Below, piece after piece: positions 1 through 12,131 of a stretch of 64,000 nt of DNA. Origin of the DNA: Stylophora pistillata (Eukaryota); NCBI RefSeq assembly GCF_002571385.2, contig NW_019218438.1, positions 51,800-115,799 of the forward strand, read 5' to 3'. Positions within the stretch are counted from its first letter, which is position 1; the number at the start of each line of letters is the position of its first letter. The notes beneath the pieces are model-generated. The model did not search any database, had not been told where the DNA came from, and saw nothing but the letters and a program-made list of their open reading frames with translations. A program made the position numbers and the translations under genes.

Positions 1-152
1 CTGAAAAAAAATCAGGACTGTACGGGATTCGAACCACTGATCTCTGCGATACTAGTGCAGCGCTCTACCAATTGAGCTAACAAGCCAACCGGGAACAGGC
101 CGTTAAGTTGATTCGTAATAAACCCGTGATGATAAATCAGATACACTAGTAC
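1..152 (-). mobile_element. tRNA-derived SINE-like repeat (partial, cut by window start)
   Basis: The reverse complement has A-box TAGCTCAATTGGTAGAGC and B-box GGTTCGAATCCC, followed by 'ctgattttttttcag'. There is no proper acceptor stem, so it is not a tRNA gene. Confidence 0.7.
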
Positions 153-327
153 TGAGTATATGAAGTTCATATATTTTGAACTGCGGTGTTAAATACGTAT
201 GATGCACGATCCTTCGCAGTAGATAGCGCTATTAGATAGCGCAGTAGATAGTGCTATCTACTGCGAAGGATCGTGCGTCATACGTATTTAATACCGCAGT
301 TCAAAATATATGAGCTTCATATATTCA
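153..327. repeat. Long inverted repeat (arms about 79 bp)
   Basis: 153-231 is the reverse complement of 249-327 with 5 mismatches. Confidence 0.9.
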
Positions 328-1804
328 TTGTATTTTATGATTACCTTTGATATAGAAATCGATAAGAGATCCGCCACCAGTTACTGCAGGAAGATTTGCT
401 TGAAGAGGCATAAGTTCAAAACTGGTTCATTTTACCTTTGTATGATAACTTGTGGAACTTTCGTTAAAGGGCGGAAATGATTCTTAGCAGGTGAGTGATC
501 ATAGATATTTAAATTTTTGTTCATAAAAGAACCTGAGTTCACGCGTTTTCATCTTGCCTTCCTCCCTAACGAGAAATGCGAAATGCGACGCATCACTAAT
601 TCATTAGAAGGTAAAACGCTTCAAGAATAGATAACACCACGTACGGGATAAAAAAACGAGGGCACAATTTATTCGCGTGCGGGACATAAACACAGCTGTC
701 AAGTACTGCGCATGCACGAGAGTCGAAAAACAAAAAGATATTTCCGAACGCGTGTTTCGCGTTAAGTGAGTAAGAAGATGTTAAACCGTAACTATTCCAA
801 TGCATAAGAAAAATGAAAGAAGGATTTTGGAGAAAGATTGAATTTTGATCTTATTTTATTGTGAGATATCCAAACTGTTTTTAACGCGTACTCTTCATTT
901 CATGAATGAAGGCAAATGACTGAACATCTCTTCTTCCCTTTCGGCACACAGTGCCCACTGTAAGCACTGACCCGCTATTGTCGCAAATATCTTGTGTGCC
1001 TCTGGTTCTTCCTATTTTCACACATTTCCCTCGGTGTTTATCGGCAACTCCATCATAAACACAACAAAGAATAACTACGGCGAAGTTTACGGACGACTTC
1101 ATCGCGCCGTCGTACAAAGAGTAAAAAAATTACGAGTGGGTAAACTAACACAAAGTAGGGTTAAGACTAGAACAAAAATGGTGCATAAGTTTCGGCCTTC
1201 TGAGAAACCTCGAGGTTTCCTAAGAAACTGCGAAAAACTGCGCCTCCCTTAGATTCGCCATGTTTATAATAGCAAATTATCCATCTAAGTGCGCATGTAC
1301 AGCTATTTGACGGCTGTGTTCAGGACACACCATATAACCCTACAAAACAGTAAGAAAGAGCCGGGTTTTGAAGAGGAAAGCCTAGGCTGAGTTTTTAAAA
1401 GCTTGATTACAGCGCTTGTATAACTAAAACTTGAAAGCAGGGTGAGTTTTTCGGCCAATTAGGGGATGCCAATGTGATGATGGTTTTTACAGATAACGGT
1501 TAAAAATGTTGGCCATATTATTATTAGGGTTAATATCATTCCGTTCTTGTCACCGAGGATTTTTTAAGCTTAACTTTTTATACGAGGAAGGGTTAAAATT
1601 TGTCAATTTCTATACCTAAGAGTTAAATTTGTTGGCCGTTTCACGACTATCGGTTAGCCCCATTGAGACCCTTTCATAAGAACAAAGGTGGACATTTCAA
1701 AACTCCAACAAACCCTCAGGAAAAACCCACTTAGTATACAAAAAAAGAGCATAAAAAACGCGGATAAACAAGTAGTCATCGACTTTCTAATTCTGCATCT
1801 GGTT

Positions 1805-1918
1805 AGCCTGCAGTGCCGGCGTATTTTGGGCGCACGAGTGCACATTTTCGTATTAGGCCGCCATCTTAGATACGAAAATGTGCACTCGTGCGCCCAAAAT
1901 ACGCTGGCACTGCAGGCT
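1805..1918. mobile_element. Palindromic MITE-like element
   Basis: 49-bp arms agcctgcagtgcc...ttttcgtat / atacgaaaa...gcactgcaggct with 1 mismatch and a 16-nt loop. Confidence 0.75.
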
Positions 1919-2529
1919 TCATCAGGTTGGTTAAGAAAACACAAAGAGGCTGTTGATCCCTTAAAGCTTACATTTAGAATTTGCTTTAGGTCACGTGCGA
2001 TCCCAGGCGGTGATATTGAAAAACTAAGTGATGCTATGACAGTTAAACTCATATTTACGCTTATTTCATAGACTAACCATGCTTCACGCGGTTACCACCT
2101 TTAAGTTGTAATTAATCTTTTTCAGCGGAGAAGTCCGATCACTGATGTGTGTAGAAGAATAAGATGCATCAAGCATTTGTCAAGAGGGGTAGATAGATTT
2201 GATCAGCGTACAATTTACCTAAATAAGAGGTTTGGTGGCAAATAAATGTCCAAACGAATCCAACGAGTGTTTACTGTTGTAAAATGTTAGACAGAGTCTC
2301 TCTCATATCTACGCTTTGCTTTACTGTGGGACTCTAATTTCTCTAGCCTAGATTGGATTGTAGTATCAAGTTGTTTTTTTGTTCCCTATGGATTTAGATC
2401 CACGCATTATCAACTCAAATTACTATTAATAATATTAGCAAAGTTCCTCAGGTTGCCCTAAGAGTATCATTGGAGATTGCAAATATCATTGGAGATGACG
2501 TCAATGAAAGTATGATCGTTTTAGCAGAA

Positions 2530-3177
2530 ACCCTTTAGCAAATTACTGATAAACATGCTCCAGTTCGAAAGCTCTCGGAAAAAATGCGAACACAAGTATT
2601 TGTCATCAGTTAAACACTCACGTTATAAGTGTTGGGAAAGACTTAGCGGCACAGCTCCCAAATTACAACACAAGTCCTACTTACTTTATTCGCTGACGGT
2701 TTAAAAACAGTTTTATGTTCCGAGGTATATACAATCACGAAGTTCAGGATGCATTGATTGGCCAAAAACAAAATAAGTCTTTTATAGGCATACCCCGTAA
2801 GTTCATTCAATTAGCATGCAATTTTATACCTATCGCTTTCGCAAGGTATTATGCCAAACCTTCTTAAAATCTCAAAGATCACGCCGGTCGATTAAGGTGG
2901 AGAAACAACTGATCCGACGAACTTTCGTCCTATCTCAACACTATCAACCTGTACACAAATGTTTGAAAAACTGGTTTACAAACAACTTATTTCCTATTTT
3001 GAGAAACTTGACATTCTTTTTGAATGCCAGTTCGGATTTCGCAAGGGTAGGTCCACCGCTCAAGCCATAACTCAAATTACGGATACTTTAAGAAAAGCAA
3101 TGGACAATAATTTGTATACACGCGGCATTCTCTTAGATTTCTCGAAAGCTTTCGACACGGTTAATCATAGTGTTCTC
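2530..3177 (+). mobile_element. Decayed non-LTR retrotransposon (CR1/L2-group) reverse transcriptase fragment
   Basis: Frameshifted motifs DKHAP, KITPV..K..E.TDPTNFRPIS, FEKLV..QL, QFGFRKGRST, LDFSKAFDTVNH (ORF 2959-3180). Confidence 0.9.
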
Positions 3178-3254
3178 TAGATGTTTAGGAGTGATTTTGA
3201 GGGGGTCTTCGTTTTTGGGTCTTAGGTCTTAGGTCTTCGTTTTCTACACACCCC
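3174..3254. repeat. Right end of a TIR element, also present at 5197-5268
   Basis: tctctagatgtttaggagtgattttgagggggtcttcgtttttgggt... is nearly identical to 5197-5268. Confidence 0.75.
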
Positions 3255-4479
3255 GTTAATGATACACGTGGCGACTAAGTTTAAATTTAAGATAAGTAAC
3301 AACAACAACAACAACTTTATTAGGTACTTCCATAAGTAGTACGTGGCATTACGTAAGTAAGAATAAGTAATAATAATTATTTAACTTCATTTCGTCTTTA
3401 ACAGAACTTCTTGTCTGATATTCATTATTTGGAATATAAAAGCAGAAATGTGTCTACATATAGATGGATCAGCGCTATTAAAAAGGAATAACACTTTAGA
3501 GTTATGATCAAAGCTTTCAAAGCAACGATACTTTCTTGCGATTTTGTTGTTAAGTTTTAATCGAAAACCATCATACAAAGGACAACAAAAAAGCACATGT
3601 TTTTCATCTTCAATTTCATTTGAATGGCAGAAAGAACAGATTCTTTGATTGACTGGGGTCTTTGGAGTCGTGTATCTTCCCGTTTCAATGTGTAATTTAT
3701 GATTGCCTAGACGGAATTTATTAATGGCAATTTTGTGTTGTGGATTGTTTACTAGATCTAAAAACTCTATTTTCGTAGTGTCTTTTCTGAATGAGGAGTA
3801 AAAGTCTAATTTTCTGTTACTAATTAACTAATTAACATTTCAGTGAACAAAAGAAAAAATTGTGCATATACAAAGATGCAAACTAATACAGATAAAACTT
3901 ATCGCTGCTGACATTATCGTTTAGAGTAGGTTTAAGTTCTTAAATTAATAGAGTCTCCTTTATCTTGCAATGAGTATCAGAACGACCTTTTGTGACCATC
4001 TCAAGGTGGTCCCATTTCATGTTGTGACCAGTTGACGTGACATGGTTCGCGATAGCAGATGTGTGACAGGCACTTGTGAGCCCTTTAAAGTATTCAGTTT
4101 TCCTGTCATGCAATCTACGTTTTGTTTTTCCAATGTAAAAATCCGGGAAGTCCTAATAACTAGCCTTATAAACAACCTTTGACATTTGGGAACGGTTGAT
4201 CTTATCTTTGTACGGAAAAAAGGACTTGATGCCATGAGCGCTCTGAAAAATCACCATAAGATCAATGCAACCATAAAATTTGTTAATGCAGGTCTTGAGC
4301 TGTTTGGTAACAATTTTACTTTGCATCCCCCAAGAAAGGTAAAACTAAGATTGTTTTCTTTTTGGAAACTGTGGCGGTTGGATTAATCGGTATGTTTTGC
4401 TGTCTGTTCAAAACATCATTGATGTTGTAAGTTACAACCCCAGCAGGATACCCTCTCTAGATCTCTGTAGCAACAGCTT

Positions 4480-5075
4480 CTACAAACGTTCCGCTTGATT
4501 AAACGATACAAATTTGTCTAGACAAATTGTATGCTCTCTCCGATCCCCCAACAATGCCTCGCTCAGTCTTAAAAGTTCTACTTGAGTTTGCCACAAAGAA
4601 GAGCAGCTTCATATTTCATGGTCAATGATACGACCAAATTGACGGCGTGGCTATGGACTCGCCCTTAGGTCCTATTTTGGCCAACATTTTTATGTGTGAT
4701 TTTGAGGAGAAGTGGGTCCTTAGCAACAACGCTTGCCCTACAGTTTGGTTTCGACACGTCGACGATACCTTCACCTTATTCGACAATAAAAACACAGCAA
4801 CCCAGTTTCTTCACTACCTCAATAACTGTCACGCAAATATCAAATTCACCGTTGAATTTGAAGAGAACAGTACAATCCCTTTCTTGGACATTCTCATCAA
4901 ACGACACGATCACACTTTCTCGACATCTAGTTACCGAAAGAAGACATTTACCGGTCTGTACACAAAATGGGATTCCTTCACACCTAGAAAATACAAAGTA
5001 AACCTAATCCGCACACTCACTTTTCGTTGCTTTCGCATCTGTTCGTCACCTTCTCTTTTGCGATTTGTTTGAGTG
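4480..5075 (+). mobile_element. Penelope-like element reverse transcriptase fragment (pseudogenised)
   Basis: TNVPL..TI, QIDGVAMDSPLGPILANIFM, WFRHVDDTF (YVDD-type), IKFT.E.E....IPFLD, YRKKT.TGLY..W.SF are PLE-type RT motifs. In-frame stops occur upstream of 4647. Confidence 0.88.
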
Positions 5076-5109
5076 AACTGAGGGGTCTTCGTTTTCTGCA
5101 CACGGGGGG

Positions 5110-5268
5110 TGGGGGGGTAGAAAACGAAGACTCTGGTCGAAATTTTGTGTAATTGAAGATCTTGTCTTCTTTACACATCTGAGACCGAGATACCCGTCTC
5201 TAGATGTTTATGAGTGATTTTGAGGGGGTCTTCGTTTTTGGGTGTTAGGTCTCGTTTTCTACACAACC
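5110..5268. mobile_element. MITE with gtagaaaacgaagac terminal inverted repeats
   Basis: gggggtagaaaacgaagac (5113-5131) vs gtctcgttttctacacaacc (about 5250-5268). Confidence 0.65.
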
Positions 5269-6455
5269 ATTATTAACTGTCACTTCTGAATATGTATGTC
5301 GAAACATACGAAACGTCAAGTAAAGTTTACTGATCTTGTTTTCCAACATGCGTTTTACTGTCATGTTTGTAACTGCAGTTTGTGTGCTATTTCTTATCAA
5401 GCTACGGTGACCAAAGAGAAAGAGTTTTTATGATACCAGGCTGGGTTCTGTAGAAAGGCTGGTGTGTCTAGAGTGCCTCTATCCTGGAATACCTCACCCT
5501 ACTCCCCTGGGGCAAAACATCAGCTTGGGTTCCGTAGAAGGGTAGAGTTGTTTTGAGTATTCCTGTCCTATTCATTCCCACCCTACCCCCTTGGGGCATA
5601 CATTAGCTTAAGAGCTTGAAATTACGTCCGTATGCGCTGATCGTTTCCGCCTTGAGGAAGACAAAACAATAGATATAAATTTTAATTTGCTTCTCATTAC
5701 GGCTTCGTACCTTATCGGCCCTGAACAGAACATGGGCATATTCGTGGTATTTTTACAGCTTCCTATTTATTTGATAACAGATGTGGTTAAAAAGAAACAA
5801 ATGAGGTTCAGCCCGGCGAAAAGAATAAAGGAAAATATAATGTTTCGATGTACTGACCAGGTACACACGTTTCCTTTGAAAGATAACGTTGAATTTTCGC
5901 CCTCAATTTTCGTGTTTGTCTTTGGTTTAAGGTGGAAGAACTATTTATAAAAGAGAAATATTTTTCAAATGGATTGATCAGTACGAGTTTTTCTTTGAGG
6001 GGGTCTAGCCTTGAATCAAAGAATGTCGTGCGGCTTAAAAAGAGATTGGTTTGTTTTTCTCCTTTGAAGTGCTTTGCATGATACATAATATAGGCAGAAA
6101 TGTGAACATAGTAAACAATCTTCAATCGTCTTTCGGATAGTTTGCGGCGAGGGTGGGTTCTGCATACATTGCCACTTAAAATGCCATACCCTTTTTCTGT
6201 TCAGTTGCAAGCGATTGTGACAGTCTGTCCGCTTCGCCTGAGGGCAAATAACCCCTCAGCGAAATTTAATAATCGAGATCAATCAACAAAGCCTTTATCA
6301 CAATTCCTTAACAATGCGTTGGTGCTAGCGAGTGCTACAAAATGCCAGTCAGATTGTAATGAACAATGTCCATCCACCTCCACTGACGTTTACCTGACAG
6401 AAACTAAAGGAGTTATGTTACCAATTCAATTCGGTAACAAAGGGTGACGTTTCTC

Positions 6456-6516
6456 ATTGGTTCGCTTTGAATGCAGCCGTAGTGCAAAGCGGTTAATTTC
6501 TGTGTTTGATTGACAG
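6456..6516. promoter_or_regulatory. Putative BMP5-8 proximal promoter: reverse CCAAT box plus TGATTGACAG (Pbx-Prep/Meis decamer)
   Basis: ATTGG at 6456-6460 and an exact TGATTGACAG at 6507-6516, 130-190 bp upstream of the ATG. Confidence 0.5.
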
Positions 6517-6645
6517 GTCTGTTACCTCAAAATAAACCGGCCATTCCTGTGCTCTTTTGATCGTTGTAGTCAGGTTTCGTTCCAAAACAACATTGTGAAG
6601 AACGCGCACCGTTCAAATTGACGAAGCATATTTTGACGGTACACG

Positions 6646-9600
6646 ATGGATTATATCTACAGTTTACTCATTTTGAGCTTCGCTCTTCACTCTTCGCTAC
6701 GAAGCGACAAAATGACGGAAGCATCGTCGGTTGCGACAAACGGAACCACAGCGAAGGAACAAGACAGTGAGATCTTCAGTCGTCATTCTTTCCCTCGCCG
6801 AATGAGAACTCATCAGCGTCACAACCATCACTCTTCACAGAAAAAGAGAGAAAAAACTACAGAGAGCACATCGGTCCTTAAAAATGGCAGCACTTCGGGA
6901 ACGCTTCAACGCGAAATTCTGAATCTTCTTGGTCTGCCTCGTCGGCCGCGGCTAAGCTTAAATACTCGTCTGCATGGCCGAAAAATGTCTGCTCCAAGGT
7001 ATATGATTGACTTATACCATAGCTTGGAAAACAACGTGAGCGTGTCGACTGACGGTTTGTTCTGCTGCAATGACACTGTGACAGATTCTCGAGCGCTGGG
7101 TGCTGACACAATTATGAGCTATCTTAACCACGGTAAGTCGATGTCTGCCACAACTTCGTTTATGTACACTTCACGAAGGCTTTATTGATTACAATCGGTA
7201 GATAAACATTGCAAATTGCATAATTTCACTTAGGAAGTAGTGTATTTTCATGTGGCTCGGGTGTGCATTGTTTAACGCGGCACGAACATGTGTATAAACG
7301 CGAGAAATGCACTAAAGACATCGCTTAAGCACTTATTAGGAAAGGTGAAAAGTTGTGCGCCAAGTCTGGAAACAATTAACTCTGGCAACTACTGAAATAG
7401 TCATGTAAATGGAGTGAAATGTACAAAAAGCTTCTTAGGAGCCTTTTTTTCGAAAATTTCCTAAATATAGAAATTGCTAACATGATGGTTACTGCGCCGA
7501 ATATCATTCAAAGCACGTTCACCACAGATAAACACGCGTGATTGAATTAAATGACTCAAATTTACTCCAGCCATACCGTCTACTTAATTCGCTTAGTTAT
7601 TTTTTTCTTCCCCAACGGAAATCCAGCAATGTCAAGAGAACTTTAATTAGCACTTTACGGATACTTTGCAAATTAACGCAAACCTCAGAAACGTTTTACA
7701 ATATTTGCACCTTCTGTAAATATTGTTGTGCCAAAACGGCCGTATGTAGATCGAAGTTTGTAGAATGAGTTATATTGCGACACAACCGGACGGTTCTTAG
7801 TAAAAACATATTTGATTATACGAGGGTAATTAATCATCAAATTAGCAAGCGTTGGGAGAAAAAATATGAATTAGCAGGCGTAGGGAGAAAAACAATACTA
7901 TCTTCTGTCTGATCATTGAAGCGAGAATGTTTTCTCCAAATCAATGTAACATTTTAAAAAGCTGAGTCCGGTTTTCGATAAGAGATCTAATGTTGGCTTC
8001 TGAAGATTGATTCCCACGTCTGATAAAAAAAAAAGGTTGTTTAATGGAGCACCTCTAATTCAGACAACAAAACATCACCTCGCTATATAATACTGACTAT
8101 TATGTCAGTTTTCTCGGGGTCAGTCCCCTCTCTAAAAACTCCCGCTACGTTATCTTTGTCGGCACGAAATATATCGCACATACTGAGATGACAGACTGAC
8201 TTATTCCTCCTAACCCGCCTTCCTACCCACTTACTCATAACGAAAGGAGAAATGCGATTTTCATCGCGAACAAAGAAGCTTAGCAGACACGGTTGGAGGT
8301 CTTTGTCAAGTTTGAATCTTGTTGAAAATTGCGGTTGGCTGCAAATAGAGCGAAAAAACAAAAGCTGTCCTTGTTGTACGATTATCTGTAATACTTAGTG
8401 GACACAAGATTATTTAATTGCTGGTATCCTCGAGTATCAAAGCCAAAATACCGCCTAACTTTACACTGTATGTGTATAAATATAATTTCGTTGACATTTT
8501 CACTATGATTTTCTTTCCGTCTGAGAGTTAAAATGTAAACAAAACAAATTATATTTGATAAATATTTGAATTCGAAATTTTCAGTAGTTGGTACGAGTAA
8601 TGGGTTTTTCAATCATTGAGGAGGGAACCTTATTATTGTGCGCGTGTTTCGTCGTTCTCATTAGATATTATTTTTAAAACAAGCTTTATTCCTTAGTGTA
8701 AATTAAATTTAAAATTGGAAGGTTTTTTTTTTTCTGTCAAAACCACTTCATAAAATTCCCTATTGTTTTGATTTACGCTTTAGATTTCCAATAATCTGTA
8801 TTTCCTGACTAGACAAGCGGGAGCTGTGTAGAATCCGTGGCTAGTTTGCAGTGACGTTCTACTATCGGCCAAAATATGACAAACACGCTTCATAGGAACT
8901 TATCTTAAAGAATGTATATCCATCAACTTGAATACGCATTGTTTTGGAGGGAGAAAATATCCAACAAATCATCTCAAAATACGCATAATACTTAAGAAGT
9001 ACCCTCTATAATTCGATGTTTGAATGAAAAAAATTACCATTCCGAGCATTACGGAAAAACAAACATTCCCATATGAAGTCCTGCTTTGCAGCTTTCATTT
9101 GACTTCTCGCACTGCAGCTTCGTCCAGACTAAAAGGCGAGGACCACCTTGTATCGCGCAAGTGACAGCACTACACGAAAAAAATGCTCTGTAGGTTTATT
9201 TGTTTGTCTCATGCTTAAGTTTTTTCCTCAAACTTCTTTTCCTCCCAAAATGTGTTTAACTATACTCGGACACTTTTTCTTAAAGAACTGAATTAAATCT
9301 GAACAAAAGGAAGGTCCGTAGAAAATGTCTGCCTATGGCTTGATCGAAAGAAAGATTGACGAATAAAATAGCGAACTAACTAAAAGAGGGGTACTTGATG
9401 ATTTCGAAAGTGGGTGAAATTCGAAGATCGGCAGGGACTTGCGATGCTAGAGAAAGAGGGATTGAGAGAACTTAGCCTAGATTTGTGTTTTAACCAGCAT
9501 ACTGCTTGGTTGACGAGGACGTCAACCAACCTTGACTGCTCAGTGTCAATGTGTCTGCACCTGAAAGATAATCTGTTTGTTTTTGGTTTATAAGTCCTAA

Positions 9601-11862
9601 GCTTCAAATTAACAGGACGAAAGTCTTAAGTTGACAAAATGGAATTTTCTTAACAAGCAAGATTGATTTACGATTTCAAACACCGATTTCATGCCAACAG
9701 AAAAAAGTTGGGTCGTCCTCTGTTAAATTTTCAACGGCTATTCCTTTTCAAGCCATGGTTTTGTTTCAAGTTCTTCTTAATTTTCAAGCCTTTTCATGAA
9801 GTGGGATCAGTTGATCAAATCTGGAAGTGCCTATATGTTTTGTCTAGCTCCCCTTAAAATCGCGACATGAAAGTTGACATGATACTGACTTGTAAAAAGC
9901 TTTTTTTCATTCGCACTTCGTTCTGTGGGAGAATGCTCGTACCATAAAAGGTGGCGGATGACCTTACCAACAGAACGGGTCACAAATTGTTGACTGCTTT
10001 TCCTGAGCTGCTTTGGAGTGATGACAGAACACAGATAGAACAGGAAATTAATACAAAATGCGACATTTGGCGAGTCACGCGATGTGAAAGTTCGACCTTT
10101 GTATCGCTAGGAGAAAAAGACCTATGAAACTCCTGATGCTTACAAACCTTTTTTCTTTTGTCGCTCTAGTGGACGACTCTGTTAATTTGTATTGACGTTC
10201 TTCAATGCTCCTTGTTTATTAAGTTACACTCGAATTCTGATCAAAAGTCTTGATTTATAGGAAGACTTAAGGATTTGGTTAAATTCGTGATCTAGGATGG
10301 TGCTGATTTTTATCGCTTTCATCCGATTGTAAATGCTGCAAAATGTTGGTTATTTGTTAAATCTACTACCGATGGAAGAGAACATCTGAGTGAATTAATT
10401 AAACAAACAAACAAACAAACAAAAGTAAACAAAATGGTAGCGGTCTCTCATTTCGAAAAATGGTCTATTTCAAATTTAATGGACCAAACGCAAGGGTTCT
10501 CCGTTTGTTGAGCGAAGCGAACAGAGCAGGGTGGCAAACCCGCGCATGCGCGTAGAACCAACGTCGAGTGCGCATGTTCGCGACTTCTTTCTCGCATCTA
10601 ATCCTCAAGGAATTGATCGCCATGTTATCTATTTGACTTGACTGGAAAGCTAAAGACATTGTCAGGGTCAGGGCTGAGGTCATACTTGAATTGAATTCGA
10701 AGTGAATGTCGTAATCTGACCGGCCAGGGGTTTTGAAGAGATAAAAAGATTAGTTTAAGGCAATTATTTCCTTGCTTCTGATTGAGGTTATTTTCAGCTA
10801 CGTCTGTTTTCAAGCACAAACCGGACAGCCTGTGCATATTTGTCCAATTCGGTTGTTGTTTTTTTCTTTTCCCTTTTTACTGTCTGTACTTTATACGAAT
10901 TACCGGTTTCCTCTACAGCAATTTCCTGTTTTGTAATGATTTAATTGTTATATGAATGAATGTTAATGATAATCGTCCTCTTAACTTTCGGGGAGAGGAT
11001 TTGCTATCCTCTTGATTTTAAAAACAGGCTTGACGTGGAAACCAGTGTTGGCGCCCCGATTATTCACCTTTCTGAGGAATTAGAAGAATGTTGATGTTTA
11101 AAGGATCCCTTCCAACCACAATACATTGCGCGCGCGATATGTGAAATCCGCCATTTTCTCTGCCATCCGGTATTGGACAAGTCGTGAAGTGGAAAGAAAT
11201 CCTCGTTCATCCGAGTACATTTGCCTCACTGAGGTCTTGAATTTCCTCAATCGCGTTCCAAATTTATTGTTCTTTCTATTTGACTAGGCATCAAAACAAT
11301 AATAGAGGCGCGCAGGGTATTGTGGTTGGAAGGGATCCTTTAAATGGCAGGGGAACCATGACAGTTGGGCTTTTGCCCCTTTCTTGTTAAGTGCGTCCAC
11401 AACAAATAAACAACAAATGTACCGCATGCAAATTTAAATGTAATCTGTGTGACACAGATTTTATCACTCACTACTCCGGCAACATCGAGAGTAGCACTGA
11501 CTCTCGGAGTCGGATTTGAAAGAGGTTTTCTGTGTTAAAGAAATGCTGGTCAAAATTTAACCCTCAGTCTGATACTCAGAAAGACTGTATTCGTGTCAAA
11601 CTCTTTCTGTGTCTGAGCGGGCAAAAATTTTATGGCCTAATCATCATTTTTTACCGATTCATTGTGTTAGTTTTCTTGTAGGAATTTTTTTACCTGAATA
11701 TTTAAGCACAGCCTCATTCACCTTTGACTTGGTAACAACGTTAAGCGAATGTCTAGACCCAGTCTACTTTTACAAGATGCTTTTCTTTTTTACCATACTG
11801 TTTTATATTACAAATCTATTTCACATATGTTCATTATCATAATTAACAATTATTCCACGAGC

Positions 11863-11901
<39 letters not shown>

Positions 11902-11921
11902 ATAGCGCCGAGTTGGCTATA

Positions 11922-11981
<60 letters not shown>

Positions 11982-12050
11982 AATTATTATTTTGTAAGAA
12001 GAAACTGGATTTTTTAGCTCCCTTTTGATTTTGAGCTGACGCGTACGCTT

Positions 12051-12097
<47 letters not shown>

Positions 12098-12098
12098 T

Positions 12099-12131
<33 letters not shown>

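Noticed and set aside
14-90. tRNA gene (also 14780-14850, 15505-15580, 56640-56716, 62345-62415)
   Set aside because: A and B boxes are present but there is no consistent acceptor stem or cloverleaf, and each continues into a SINE body.
1654-2071. Overlapping about 130-aa ORFs on both strands
   Set aside because: Largely produced by the palindromic element at 1805-1918; no protein motifs.
10665-10682. GGGTCA-n6-AGGTCA nuclear receptor element in BMP intron 1
   Set aside because: Atypical spacing and expected by chance in 5 kb; no supporting evidence.
11050-11055. GGCGCC Smad1/5 autoregulatory element
   Set aside because: Single hexamer without an adjacent GTCT Smad4 site.
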